Source: Heptranchias perlo (lineage: Eukaryota). Taken from it: a stretch of DNA of 64,000 nucleotides. Under the pieces are notes generated by a model, which saw nothing but the letters and a program-made list of their open reading frames with translations, made no database searches and was not told the origin of the DNA. The stretch lies in NCBI RefSeq assembly GCF_035084215.1, contig NW_027139442.1:1054001-1118000 (forward strand), given 5' to 3'. This document shows, piece after piece, positions 39,150 through 52,432 of this stretch. The first letter of the stretch is position 1, and every line of letters begins with the position of its first letter. A program made the translations under genes and the position numbers.

Positions 39150-41100
39150 GATATCAGAATGTATGTGAGTTTGGGATTAATTCTCTGTCAGTTTCTGGGA
39201 CTGTATTGAGTGTGAGATTCATTCTGTGTCTGTCAGTCTCCGGTACTGTGTGTGTGTATGTGTGTGTGTGGGATTTATTCTTTATCTGTCAGTCTCTGGT
39301 GCTTTATGTGAATGTAGGATTCATTCTATTCTTGTCAGTCTCTGGTACTGCGTGTGAGTGTGGGATTCATTGTGTAACTCCGTCTCTGGGACAAAGTGCA
39401 AGTCTGGATTCGTTCTGTATTCTTATTTCATGTTACAGTATATTGCTTGAAACTGTATGTTTAATTCATTAATGTATGCACAATCTTTTGTCTAGCATTA
39501 ATTTGTAATTATGGATAAACTTTTGGATTTTGTTTTAATCAAACAACGTGTGTGAGTTTTGGTGTAGGATTACACTTTAATCTCTGAAGACTATTGTAAA
39601 TGATAATTTACATTTCATCTTTTACTGTGAAATTATTGGACTGGTATTGCTTGTGCAGCTCAGTCTGCGCTAATGGAATTGATACTGTATCTTTCAGTCT
39701 GATTCTGTGTAATATATTTAGATTAGTCTGTAAGGTGTAGCTCAGTCAGCTATAATGGAATTGATACAGTAACAGACTTAAAGATGAAGTATGAGGTTTT
39801 TGAACTGGTATGGAATGTGTAGCTCAGTCTGTACAAATCAAATTGATACTGGGGCTCAATCAGCTATAATAAGAATGATACTGTATCTTTCAGTCCGATA
39901 CCGTGTGAGGTTTTTGGACCGGTATGTAATGTGTAGCTTAGTCTGCACTAATGGAATTGATGCTGTACCTTTTATTCTGCTACTGTGTAATATATTTAGA
40001 CTGGTGTGTAAGGTGTAGCTCAGTCTGCAATAATGGGATTGATACTGTATCTTTCAGCATGGCCAAGAATGTGATTTTTGGACTGGTAGGTAATGTGTAG
40101 CTCAGTTTGCAGTAAAGGAATTGTTACTGTATCTTTCAGTGGGATACACTATGCAAATTTTGGACTATATATAATGTGTAGCTCAGCCTGCACTAATGCA
40201 ATTGATAAAGTATCTTTCAGTCTGACACTGTATGAGATTTATGGGTTGTATGTAATTTGTTGCTCATTCAGCATTGATGGAATTGATACGTTTTCTGTCA
40301 ATCTGACACTGTGATTTTTTTTTGTTCTAGTATGCAATGTGTGGTTCAGTCAACACTTATGGAATTGATGCTGTACATTTCAGCATGAGCTTGAAGTGAT
40401 TTTTGGACTGATATGTAATGTGTAGTTCAGTCTGTACGAATGGAATTGACACTCTAGCTTTCAGTCAGACACTGAGAGAGATTTTTGGACTGGTTTGTAA
40501 TGTGTGGCTTAGTCCACACTAATAGGATTCATACTGTATATTTCAGTACGACACTGCATGCGAATTTTGGACTGTATATAATGTGTAGCTCAGTCTGCAC
40601 GAATGGAATTGATACTGTATCTTTCAGTCTGATGCTGCGGAATATATTTAGACTGGTGTGTAATGTGTAACTCATTCTGCACTAATGGGATTGATACTGC
40701 ATCATTCGGCATGACCCTGAATCTGTTTTTTGAACTGGTATATAATGTGTAGCTCAGTCTGCTGTAATGGAATTCATACTGTGCCTTTCAGTTTGACCCT
40801 GAATGTGATTTTTGGACTGGTATATAATGTGTCGCTCAATCTGCACTAATGGGATGATACTGCATCTTTCAGTCTCATACTGTGAGAGATTTTTGTGCTG
40901 GTATGTAATGTGTACGTCAGTCTGTACTAATCAAATCAATACTATATCTTTCAGTTTTATACTGTATGAGAATTTTGGACTGGTATCTAACGTGTACCTC
41001 AATCTGCAGTAAAGGAATTAAAACTGTACATTTCATTCTGACACCATGAGGTTTTTGAACATATATGTGAGTCAAATATGGGTAACATCTGAATTGGTAT
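39150..41100. repeat. Composite 46/82-bp satellite block
   Basis: Tandem ggactggtatgtaatgtgtagctcagtctgcactaatggaattgatactgtatctttcagtct units preceded by 46-bp units. Confidence 0.9.
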
Positions 41101-42809
41101 CTAATTTGTATCTCAGGGTGCACTATTGGCATGAATACTGCACCTTTAAACTCAAAATGTGTGTGAATTGAGGGCTGGTATTTATTTTTAATCTTGGAGT
41201 ACACTATTGTTATTCACTCTGTATCTATCAATCAGTACCATGTGTCAGTTCTATCTGGTATTTAATTTGTAGCTCAGGCTGAAATAATGTGAGAATTGAA
41301 ACAGTGCCTTTCAATCTGAAACTGGGAGTGATTTTGGACTGGGAATTATTTATTTGCCAGTCAGCGGTACTGAGTCATTGTGAAATAGAAATTCCGTCTG
41401 TCTCTCCTGCTCTGTTTGACTGTTGGATTGGGATCAGTGTGGTATTGACCATTTCTGCTATCTGAGAATGTGGAACTGATGCCTGTCTGTGTCTCTATGC
41501 TCTGAGTGTTAATGTACATACTGTGTGTGAGAAGGAGCTGGCTGCACTGACTGCTCCTTGTGCCTCGGGTGGAGTAAACATCACACTGATTCTGGGTCCT
41601 TCAACGAATTGACTGATGGAAAAAAAACTGTCTCTTGTAACTCAAGAACAGGTGAGGTAGAAAAAACCAAAAGTGATCAATTGAATCTCTCTGTTAATAA
41701 TCATTGTAATATCCACAAAGGAAAAACAGCGATACAAACAGTGTCAGTGTCTGATTCCACTGCAGTACTGCAGCACTCAGCTTCTGCACACCAGGTGTGT
41801 TGCGCAATTTTACAATTTTGTGACATCCAGACACAACCCAACCCCTGCACTGATCCATGAATGGGTCTACCCGATTGGGCAGGGACCTTTGTACATATCA
41901 GATTTCTACTCCCCTTTCTCATGGGACTAACCGTTCAACCGAAACAAAACAGCCGCTGTTTAAAATGTGACCTTCACACTTCTCACCTGATGCCTGCAAT
42001 AGATGCTCTTTGTATAACTCCCCATATCCTTACTGTCCGGCTCTGTTTACTGTTCAATAACAAACACTAAAGGTTAATGGGCAGGTTTAAAAAATCAGAT
42101 TTAGTACCTGCCACCAATCACAAACACGCTCACACTGCACATTGTCCGGTTTCAGCAATTTGTTCCGAACTGTTGCAGTTCTGCTTTCGGCCAGTAGATG
42201 TCCCCAAACCCCGGGACATTGAAGTTTGCAGATGAGAGAGGGACAGAAGATAAACTCATTCTTCACATTATATTGCACGGGTGGGATTTAGAAAAAATGG
42301 AGACGAGCTGCAAGTACATTTTTTTGGACCAAAAACTACTTGTAATGCTGTGTTAAATTCTTGTAATCGATTTAGGGCGTATAGTCAATATTGAGGAAGA
42401 CTGGGACAAAATAAACTTGCAGAACGGCCGTGTCAATGGTCATTGAATTTCAATATAGAAAAGTGTGAGGTGGTGCATTTCGCTCGGGGGAATAAGGAGG
42501 CCACATACTGCTTGGAAAATAAGAGTCTAAATGGGGTAGAGGTGCAATGTAAATCATCCTGAGATATCAGCGAGAAATACTTCGCAATGTAAAGTGAAAT
42601 ACAATGGGGTAAATTCACAACTATCGAATGAGTGAAACAAAAACTTTATTATGAATCAATTGTCTTCATTTTTCACCGTCAAAAAGTGCAAAAATACGAG
42701 AGTAAAAGTTGCAGACCGAAACTTCCATCACATTGCACATTATCCTGTTTCTGCAACCACGACAGATAATGTGAATTTGTTCCCTCATTACAGTTCTCGC
42801 TTACGGCCA

Positions 42810-45800
42810 GTAGATGTCAGTCTCTAGCACTGTATATGAGAGTGGGGTTGATTCTGTCATTGTCAGTCTCTGGTACTGTGCGTGATTTTGGGATTCATTC
42901 AGAATCTTCAATCTCTGGTACTGAGTGTGAGCATGGGGTATGTTCAGCATCTTTCAGTCTCAGGTACTATATATAAGTGATGGATTCATTCTGTATCTGT
43001 CAGTCTCTGGTACTTTATGTGAGTGTGGGATTATTTCTGTATCTGTCATTTCCTGGTGCTGTATGTGAGTGTGGGATTCATTCTGTATCTGCCATTCTCT
43101 GCTACTTTATCTCAGTGTGGGATTCATTCTGTCATTCAGTCTCTGAGACAATGTACAAGTCTGGATTCATTCTGTATTCTTATTTCAGTTTACAGTATCG
43201 TATTTGAAACTGTATCTTTAATGCTTTAAATTATATATAGTTCTTCGTCGATTATTTACGTTGTTAACATGGATACATTTTTCGATTTTCTTTATTCAAA
43301 CAATGTGTGAGAGTTTTGGAGCAGTATTATATCTTAATCTCTGAACTGTATTGTGAATGATGATGTACGTTTCAATCTGTTCCCGGTGAAATTATTGGAC
43401 TGGTATGTAATGAGTAGCTCAGTCTGCAATAATGGGATTAATTCTGTATCTGAGTCTAACACGACATGTGATTTTTGGACACGATATGTAATATGTAGCT
43501 CATCCTGCACAAAATGAATTGATACTGTATCTATCAGTCTTATACTGTATGAAGTTTTTGGACTGGTGAGTAACATGTCGTTCAGTCTGTGCTAATGGAA
43601 TTGATATTATATCTTTGAGTCTGATAAGTTATGAGATTCTTGGATTGCTATATAATGTGTGGCTCAGTCTGCACTAATGAAATCGATACTGTACCTTTCA
43701 GTCTAACATTGTATAAGATTGTTGGACTGTTATATAATGTTTAGCTCAGGCGGTGCTAAAAGAATTTAAACTATATCTTTCAGTCTGATCATTTATGTGA
43801 TTTTTGGACTCGTATGTCATGTGTAGCTCAGTCTGCACCAATGGTATTGATAATATTTATATCTGTATAATACTGAATATTTACCAATATATCTAATATG
43901 TAGCTCAGTCTGCACTAATGGAATTTATACTTTATCTTTCAATCTGATACTATGAGATCTTTGGACTGGTCTGTAAAGTGTAACTCAGTCTGCAGTAATG
44001 TGACTGTGACATTCATTCTGTATCCGTCAGTCTCTGGTACTTTTTGAGTGAGAGATTCATTCTGTATCTGTCAGTCCCTGGTACTGTGCGTGAGTGAGAT
44101 TCATTCTGTTCCGGATACTGTATGTAAGTGTAGGATTCATTCTATATCTGTCAGTCTCTGGTACTGAGTGTGAGCATGGGGTATATTCTGCATCTCTCAG
44201 TCTCAGGGGTATTACATATAAGTGATGGATTCATTCTGTATCTGTCAGTCTCTGCTACTTTATCTCAGTGTGCGATTCATTCTGTAATTCAGTCTCTGAG
44301 ACAATGTGCAAGTCTGGATTCATTCGGTGTTCTTATTTCAGTTTACAGTATCGTTTTTGAAACTGTAGATTTAATACTTTAAATTATATACAGTTCTCCA
44401 TCGAGTATTTAATTTGTTAATATGGATACACTTTTCAATTTTCTTTAATCAAACAATGTGTGTGAGTTTTGGAGTAGTATTACATCTTAATCTATGAACT
44501 TTATTGTGAATGATAATGTACCTTTCAATCTGTTCCCGGTGAAATTATTGGACCCTTATGTAATGTTTAGTTTATTCTGCAATAATGGGATTAATTCTGT
44601 ATCTCAGTCTAAACTGTATGAGATTTTTGGACTGGTGTGTAACATGTAGCTCAGTCTGATAAGGTATGAGATTCTTGGACTGCTATATAATGTGTGGCTC
44701 AGTCTGCACTCATGAAATCGATACTACATATTTTAGTCTAATATTTTATGGGATTTCCAGTCTGGTATGTAATGTACAGCTCAGGCAGTGCCAATAGAAT
44801 TGAAACTCTATTTTCCAGTCTGATCATTTATGAGGTTTTTGGACTCGTATATAATGTGTAGTTCAGTCTGTAGCAATGGTATTGATACTGTTTATTTCAG
44901 TATAATACTCCATGAGTATTTACCAATATATCTAATATGTAGCTCAGTCTGCGCTAATAGAATTGATACTGCACCTTTAAATCTGACACTATGAGATTTT
45001 TGCACTGGTATGTAATGTGTCACTAAGACAGCATTGATGGAATTGATGAGGTATCTTTCGATCTGCGACTGTGAGATTTTTGCTCTGGTACGTAATGTGT
45101 AACTCAGCCTGCACTAATGTAGGTGACTGTGAGATTCACTTTGTATCTCTCAGTCTCTGGTACTGACTGTGAGTGTGGGATTCATGCTGTAACTGTCACT
45201 CTCTGGTACTCTATTTGACTGTGGGATTCATTCTGCATATAGATTCTCTAGTACTGTGTGTGGGTGTTGAATTATTTCCATATATGCAGTTTCTCATAAT
45301 GTATGTTGGTGTGAGATTCATACTGTATCTGTCAGTCTCTGGTACTGTGTGTGAGTGTGAGATTAATTCTGTATCTGCCAATCTCAGGTACTGCGTGTGA
45401 GTGTGGCATTCATTCTGTATCTCTCAGTCTCTGGCACTGTGTGTGAGTGTGGGATTCATTCTGTATCTGTCAGTCTCTGGTGCTGTGTGTGAGATTCATT
45501 CTGTATCTGCCAATCTCAGGTACTGTGTGTGAGTGTGGGATTCATTCTGTATCTGTCAGTCTCTGGTACTGTGTATGAGTGTGAGATTCATTCTGTATCT
45601 GTCAAACTCAGGTACTGCTTGTGAGTGTGGTCTTCATTCTGTATCTGCCAATCTCAGGTACTGTGTTTGAGTTTGGGATTTATTTTGTATCTCTCAGTCT
45701 CTAGTGCTTTATGAGAGTGTGGGATGGTTTTGCTATCTGTCAGTCCTTGGTACTGTATGTCAGTGTGGGATATATTCTGTATCTGACATCTCTCGTGCCA

Positions 45801-46250
45801 TATTTGAGTGTTGGATTCACTCTGTGTCTGGCAACCTCTAGTACTGTATGTGAGTGTGGGATTCATTTTGTGTTTGTGTGTCTCTGTACTGTATCTGAGT
45901 GTGAGATTCATTCTGTATCTGTATATAATTATTCTCTCAGATTACATTATGGTGTTCAATACTGTAGCTTTACTATCTTAATGTTTAAACAGTTTTTCCC
46001 AGTATTTAATTGGTAAACATGGATACACTTTAGGATTTGATGCTGGAGGTTTTAATCAGAAGATTTGTGTTTTTTGGACTAGTATCATATCAGTATCTCT
46101 GTGAGTACTATTGTGAATGATAATATTTCTTTCAAGCTGATATGGTGACATTTTTGAATTGGTATATAATGTGTCGATCAGCCTGCAGTAAAGGAATTGA
46201 TACTGTATCTTTAAATCTCATGCTATGAGTGTATTATAAACTGGTATCTA
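42810..46250. repeat. Composite 46/82-bp satellite block with higher-order duplication
   Basis: Alternating arrays; roughly 42900-44030 is repeated at roughly 44140-45130. Confidence 0.9.
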
Positions 46251-46557
46251 ATTTGTTTCTCAGGTTACACTGTCACAGGATTTCTCAATCTGATATTGTA
46301 CATGATTTTTGGACTTGCAATTTGTATTCGAATGGTACACTATTCGAATGGATACTGCATGTATTAAACTCACGTGTGGGTGTGAGGGTTCTTGTCTGGT
46401 ATTCAATTGGAATCTCGGGGTATCTGGTTTTTAATTCATGGCGAATGCTGCACTTCTTGGAAATTGACAATCTGATAGTGTGACTTTGGACTGGGATTTT
46501 TGTATCTACCTGTCAGCGGGACTGAGTTCGGGTGCAATGGAACAGCGTCTGCCTCAC

Positions 46558-47735
46558 CTGCTCTGTTTGACTGTTGGATTGAAGATGTGTCTGTGGAACT
46601 TGGGATCAGTGTGGAACTGACTACTTCTGCTGTCTGAGACTGTGGAACTGATGACCTGTCTGTGTCTCTGTGCTGTGAGATTGATAATATACATACTGTG
46701 TGTGAGAAGGAGTTGGCTGCACTGTTCCTTTGTCTCGGGGGGAGGAAACTTCACATTCATTCTGGATCCTTCTCGGATTTGCCTGCAGAAAGAAAATTAT
46801 CTCTTGTCACTCAATAACAGGTGAGGTCGAAAATACAAAAGTGATCAGTTTAATAGCTCTGTTAATAATTATTTTCAACATCCACAAATGAAAACCAGTG
46901 ATACAGTGTCAGTGTCTGACTCGACTGCAGTCCTGCAGCACTCAGCTTCAGCATACCAGGTGTGTTAGGCTGTTTTAGAACAATTTCGTGACATCCAGAC
47001 AAAATGCAACCCCTGCACTGATCCATGAATGGGACTACCCGATGTGGCAGGGACCTTTGTACAGGTCGGGTTTCTAATCCCCTCTCCCATGGGACTAACC
47101 GTTCAACTGAAAGCAAACAGCCGCTGTTTGAAATGTGACCTTCACACTTCTCACCTGGTGCTTTCAATCGATGCTCTTTGTATAACTCCCCACATCCTTA
47201 CTGTCCGGCTCTGGTTCCACTCTTCACTGTCCAATAACAATAAACAGGGTGAGACTGGAACTAAACCAGGAACATTCACTACTGGTTTGGGGAGAGAAAG
47301 CAGCAATGATTTTAAATAGCAGGTTCTTCCCATTCTCTCTCCCTTCCCCTGGACACACCCTGTACACACACAGCCCGAGAATGACCTCTCCCTTCCCCCG
47401 CTCACTCCATGTTCCGGGACCAGTTCCTGATCCACTCCGCCTCTTACAAACAGACCCCGGACTCCCCGGCCCTTACGCTGGACTCAATGCCGATCTCTGA
47501 GCCCATCTGCGGACACGGTCCCGAAGTGATGAGCTGCTGTAACGAGGCTGCTCTTTGCTCCCTTCCCCCGGGGGCCGTGATCTCTCCATTCCCGGCTGTT
47601 TCAAACCATCTTCTTCCGCTCACTGAGTGAATGGCGCCCACAGGCCAAGCTGGGGGAGGGGAGCGCGCATGCGCTCTTCTGCTCACCAACAATCAGCGTT
47701 GGGGGCGGGGCTGGGTCACGCATGCGCAGATATCT
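46558..47735 (-). other. Unidentified spliced module, copy B (exons 47589-47477, 47226-47155, 46782-46558)
   Basis: Same CpG promoter motifs as copy A; GT-AG sites; all junctions phase 2 and the spliced frame is open. Confidence 0.55.
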
Positions 47736-49910
47736 GGTTTAATTCCCAATACAAAAATCGATGGAAACTTTCCCCAATTGGAATTTTTCAGAGTCTGAGC
47801 AAATCCGAGAAGGATCCAGAATGAATGTGAAGTTTCCTCCCCCCGAGACAAAGGAACAGTGCAGCCAACTCCTTCTCACACACAGTATGTATATTATCAC
47901 TCTCAGAAAGGTCAGAGGGAATGGGGTCCACAGGCAGTGCAGGAACAGGCACCAGAATGGAAACAGATGGGATTCCACCAGTGCCTAACGCTGGAATCCA
48001 GACTGACTGTACAATCTCTCACTATTAAACTCGATGTTTCCATCCCTGCTGTTTCTCTCGGTATCTTTTGATGGTAAAAGGCCTTTCATGGATAAAATGG
48101 GCGGCTGTGAAATGAGCCAATTGGTTCTGTTCATTCTTGGCTCCCTGACTGATAAAGCAACGCGTGACTCCGAAACTGGAGGGAGGATTTCTCAAACCAA
48201 TCCTGGAGAAACAGCGGAGGAAAGTGGGAGTCCGTATATTTGCTGCGACCGTGTGGGATTAACATCTGACAGCAACAGTCCCAGATTATTTCAATCGGAA
48301 TGAAACTCTCGGTCACTGAGAGAAATACTGAATGGGCCTGAGCTGCAAGATTACAAAGGGTGAAACATGCAAGAGAGGGTTAAATGTGTGACACTGTCCC
48401 TGAGAATAGGATTAATAATGTGTCTGTCTCTGAAATAATTTTAGTGAGAGATGAGACTGCATCTTCTGTCACTCCACCTTGGAATAGCAATTGGAATGGA
48501 ATATTTTTTCCAATTTGTTACTGGGTGAATGCTGGACATTACAGGTCAGTTTCTCTCTCTCTCTTTTGCACAGCATATGAATGTGGGATACTGTTACTGA
48601 GCGTGAAACGGACATACTGATAGGAAGTGTGAGACTGATACATTGTCTGTGTGTGTGTCTCTGTCTGTCTGTTTATCTGTCGGTCTGTCTTTGTCTCTCT
48701 CCAGCGCTGTAAATGAAAGCGAAATACTGTTACTGAGCTTAATATCGACACCCTGGTGGAAGGTAAAGACTGATTCAGTGTTTGTGAACAGACCTCCGGT
48801 GCTGTTGGTGAGACGGTCACTGTCCCTTCTATTATGTATGAGCCGGATTGACGGTGCATTTATCAGTCTCCAGTCCAGTAAGGAAAGGTGGGGAGAAACA
48901 GCCTGGAACGGCCTGACACTGGACTGCCTGTTAGTGTTGAATTTATTCTGTAACGAGCCGTCTCTGGGTGTTGAGAATGGGACGGATAGGACACCAGTTA
49001 CTATTGTCTGTCAGTCAGTTTAGGAGGAGAGAGAAACACAGGGAGACTGGAAGAGCCCAGAGCGGATAATTTGTATTATCGTCTTAACCAAACATATTTC
49101 TGTGTACGAACAGTATAATATTTTAAAACCAGATGTGAATTATCACACCAACAGCTGTGAATGTCTCCTGCCACTGAATCTGGGGACCAGACACTGTGAG
49201 GAGCGCCGGCCTCAGAGTGTTTAACAGTTACTGAGCTGGGAAACTACAACTAACACCCGAGAATCTGCAGCACAGGCCGAGCGGGTAGGAAAGCCTGTCC
49301 CGGGAATTGTCAATCTGGCGACCAGTTTGTCCTGTGAATGTGAAGATGTGAACATTGTGTCAGAGAGAGTGTGTTAAACGGGCGGGCGGGTTAGATTAAT
49401 GTCACTGTGTTTGTGTGGCCGGTCACATCGCCGTATTTCCGGGTCGCTTTTCAGTAAAATTAAAAAAAATCCCTTTCAAAGGATCGCCCTCCTCCCCTGC
49501 CGAGCTCCGAAGTGAAAAATTAAGGTAAGGTTTGAGTTCAATTCAAGATTTCAGACGAAAAACGGAGATCCTGTCAGCGATCGGGTGAGAGAGCGCGATC
49601 AGTGCAGCAATGAAACGGGTTTAAATCGAAACTGGTGCTTTCAATTCCGGTGAAAGTTTTTCGACAGCAAACATTCCGGTGTTAGATATAGGAAGGGGCT
49701 AGTCTGGGACTCTTGAGTGCCCGCTTTTAATTGTAACCGGCGAGTTTAAGAGGAGAGAGAAAGACAAAGAGGCTGGAGGGTCCGGGAGCTGACAGCAGGG
49801 TGTCTCCGCCCCGTCCGCTCTGTGCCTTTAAGTTGCTCTGTGCCGCCGCCTCTCGTTTCATTTCTGACCCAGCTCTGACTGTCAGAGAGATTTTCTCCAG
49901 AGTCCCGGAC

Positions 49911-50531
49911 ATGACAGACACTGCAGCCGCCGAAACGGCTCCTCCTGCCGTCGCCGCCGCTCGAACCAATGCTCCGAATAAGAAGAAGGCGGTTCCCCGA
50001 CCCACCGGTCCCCCGTTGGGCGAACAGATCCTCAAGATTGTGGCGGATTGCAAGGATCGCAAGGGGATATCTCTGGCCGCGATAAAGAAGGTTCTGGCTG
50101 CCAAAGGCCTGGATGTGGAGAAGCACCGGTCCCAGATTAAATTAAGTATCAAGAGAAATGTGGAAAAAGGCTCCCTGGTGCAGATCAAGGGCACGGGCGC
50201 CTCGGGCTCCTTCAGAGTCGCTAAGAAGGAAACTCAGGCAAAAGTGGGAAAGAAGGTGAAGAAACAAGTGACCAAGAAATCTCCCGGAAAGAAACCAGCG
50301 AACAAAAAAACAGCCGTCAAGAAATTAACGGCCAAGAAACCGGCCGCCAAGAAATCAGCGGTCAAGAAATCGATCACGAAAAAGGCGGCGAAATCACCAA
50401 TTAAGAAGAAAGCGGCGGCTAAGAAGCCCAAAACCCCGAAGCCGGTGAAGGCGAAGAAGGTAGAAAAAGCGAGGGCCAAGCCCAAGCCGAAGTCAGCAAA
50501 GCCCAAGAAAGCAGCGGGCAAAAAGAAGTAA
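49911..50531 (+). CDS. H1: Histone H1 (206 aa)
   Basis: MTDTAAAETAP..., globular domain (DRKGISLAAIKKVL...LVQIKGTGASGSF), K/A/P-rich tail; stem-loop GGCTCTTCTCAGAGCC at 50568-50583. Confidence 0.97.
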   Translation: MTDTAAAETAPPAVAAARTNAPNKKKAVPRPTGPPLGEQILKIVADCKDRKGISLAAIKKVLAAKGLDVEKHRSQIKLSIKRNVEKGSLVQIKGTGASGSFRVAKKETQAKVGKKVKKQVTKKSPGKKPANKKTAVKKLTAKKPAAKKSAVKKSITKKAAKSPIKKKAAAKKPKTPKPVKAKKVEKARAKPKPKSAKPKKAAGKKK

Positions 50532-50752
50532 AAAATCAAGTGCAACTTGTGAACATCTGAACCCAACGGCTCTTCTCAGAGCCACCCACGTCTCTCAGAA
50601 AAGAGCTGACCCCGGAATCAGATGATTCCTGTCCCGGGGCCGGGCTCAGATTTCAGATGGAAATCATTGAAAATAAATCCAGGGTCCTGGTGACTCACTA
50701 CCCACGCCCCACCCCCACTGTCTGAAATAAAATAGAGAGAACACAAAACAAA

Positions 50753-50768
50753 GGCTCTTCCAAGAGCC
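50753..50768 (+). terminator. Orphan H4-type stem-loop
   Basis: GGCTCTTCCAAGAGCC in H4 3' UTR context (gaacacaaaacaaa...acccaccgcctcacaga) with no H4 CDS upstream. Confidence 0.85.
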
Positions 50769-51500
50769 ACCCACCGCCTCACAGACCTGGGAACGATCTC
50801 GGGCTGGGGAAGCAGTTTCCGATATGTCCGGGCCGGGCCTCACTCGAACTGGCGTGTGTTCGGCTCCAGTCCCAGTTCATTTTTCTCACAGATTCAGGGC
50901 GAGAGTCCGTGACAGGGTAAAACTGGCGGAGATCCGCCGCTATCACAATTCAAACCCCAACACATGAGATTCTCCAAATCAGCTGGAATAAGTGTTTGTA
51001 AACTGCTGAACCGGTCTGGGAGGGGATGTGTGGGGAGATAGAATCGGGTCTGCCACTGAAGTGGAAGGAGACGGGTAGATATGTTATAGAAGGGACTGTA
51101 TTTGGGCAGGAATATTACTGACTCTTAATTGTAATGGGGCTTATTTAAAAGCTCCGAGTTTCTGGAAATCCTTGAATATGAAGCCCGAGTCTATAAGGGT
51201 ATGTGCGGAGCGCTGTGTTTCGGTTCAGTTATCGATAAACGGTTTGAAATTGGCGGGTGGAGAAAGCTGGAGGTGGAGCTGGAAGATCAGAGGCCGCTCT
51301 CTGCTCTGTCCGTTACTCTGACTCTCTCCTCCCCTCTCTGTTTAATATCTCACTCTGTCTCCTCCCCTCTTTGTTCAATGTCTCACTTTGTCTCCTCCCC
51401 TCCCTCTATCATCCTGTGAATGTTTCAGTCAGGTCGGGACAGGCTGCATAAAAAGGGAACCAGCATAAGTTCGCTGTTCATTCAGCAGCGATCTGAGTGA

Positions 51501-51821
<321 letters not shown>

Positions 51822-52432
51822 ACGAGTCGACCCTTTCTAACCGAACACAAAACAAAGGCTCTTCTAAGAGCCACCCACCGCCTCACAGAGAGAGCACTGA
51901 CCTGGGAACGGGGAGAGGAAAGATTTCGGAGTGGGGAAGCAGTTTCCGATATTTAATTAAGATGGGGAGATTCCCCAACATTCAGTAAAGGGAGATCAGC
52001 CATCCCGAGAGAAAGCGGAATTCCCGGTTTCACGGTATAAATGAACAGGTGGTGATACAGAGTCTTTCCGCAGACATTACATTCTCCGTTCAGAGTAAAA
52101 TCCCGCCTCACAACCTCTCCCGCTGTCTCCTCTCTGCTCGGTGTTTCATTCAATTATCAGGTCGATGTGAAGTTTCTGTTTGAGGAGCGGTTCACCGGGC
52201 TGGAACTAGCGGGATTTTTGAAATTGAAGCTGGAATTTGTCCGGTTCAGGAAAACAATGACCGGGGCTTAATTCCCGCCCGTTTACAGACAGATCAGAGA
52301 ATGAACCGGAATGTGAAACAGCTTGAGATGTGAGCTGAGGAGTTGGAAATAATGGAGATTATAAAGAGTGGGATTCTTAAATTGCTTGAGGGAAATGAGA
52401 TTTTCTTGAAACTGTTATTTGATGACCTGAAA

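Noticed and set aside
39206-46016. Cys/Val-rich short ORFs in the satellite blocks
   Set aside because: Translations of tandem repeats with frames not conserved between copies.
46656-46696. Extra intron (CA|GTATGT...ACAG) inside putative exon 3
   Set aside because: It would be about 41 nt or less, below the usual vertebrate minimum; kept as one exon, although a collapsed intron is possible.
49236-49258. ZNF143/THAP11-type ACTACA motif upstream of H1
   Set aside because: Only the ACTACAA half matches; the TCCCA half is absent.
49800-49910. N-terminal extensions of H1 (and similarly H2A, H2B, H3) in the ORF track
   Set aside because: They start at non-ATG codons at or upstream of the TATA-like boxes; the canonical histone ATGs lie downstream.
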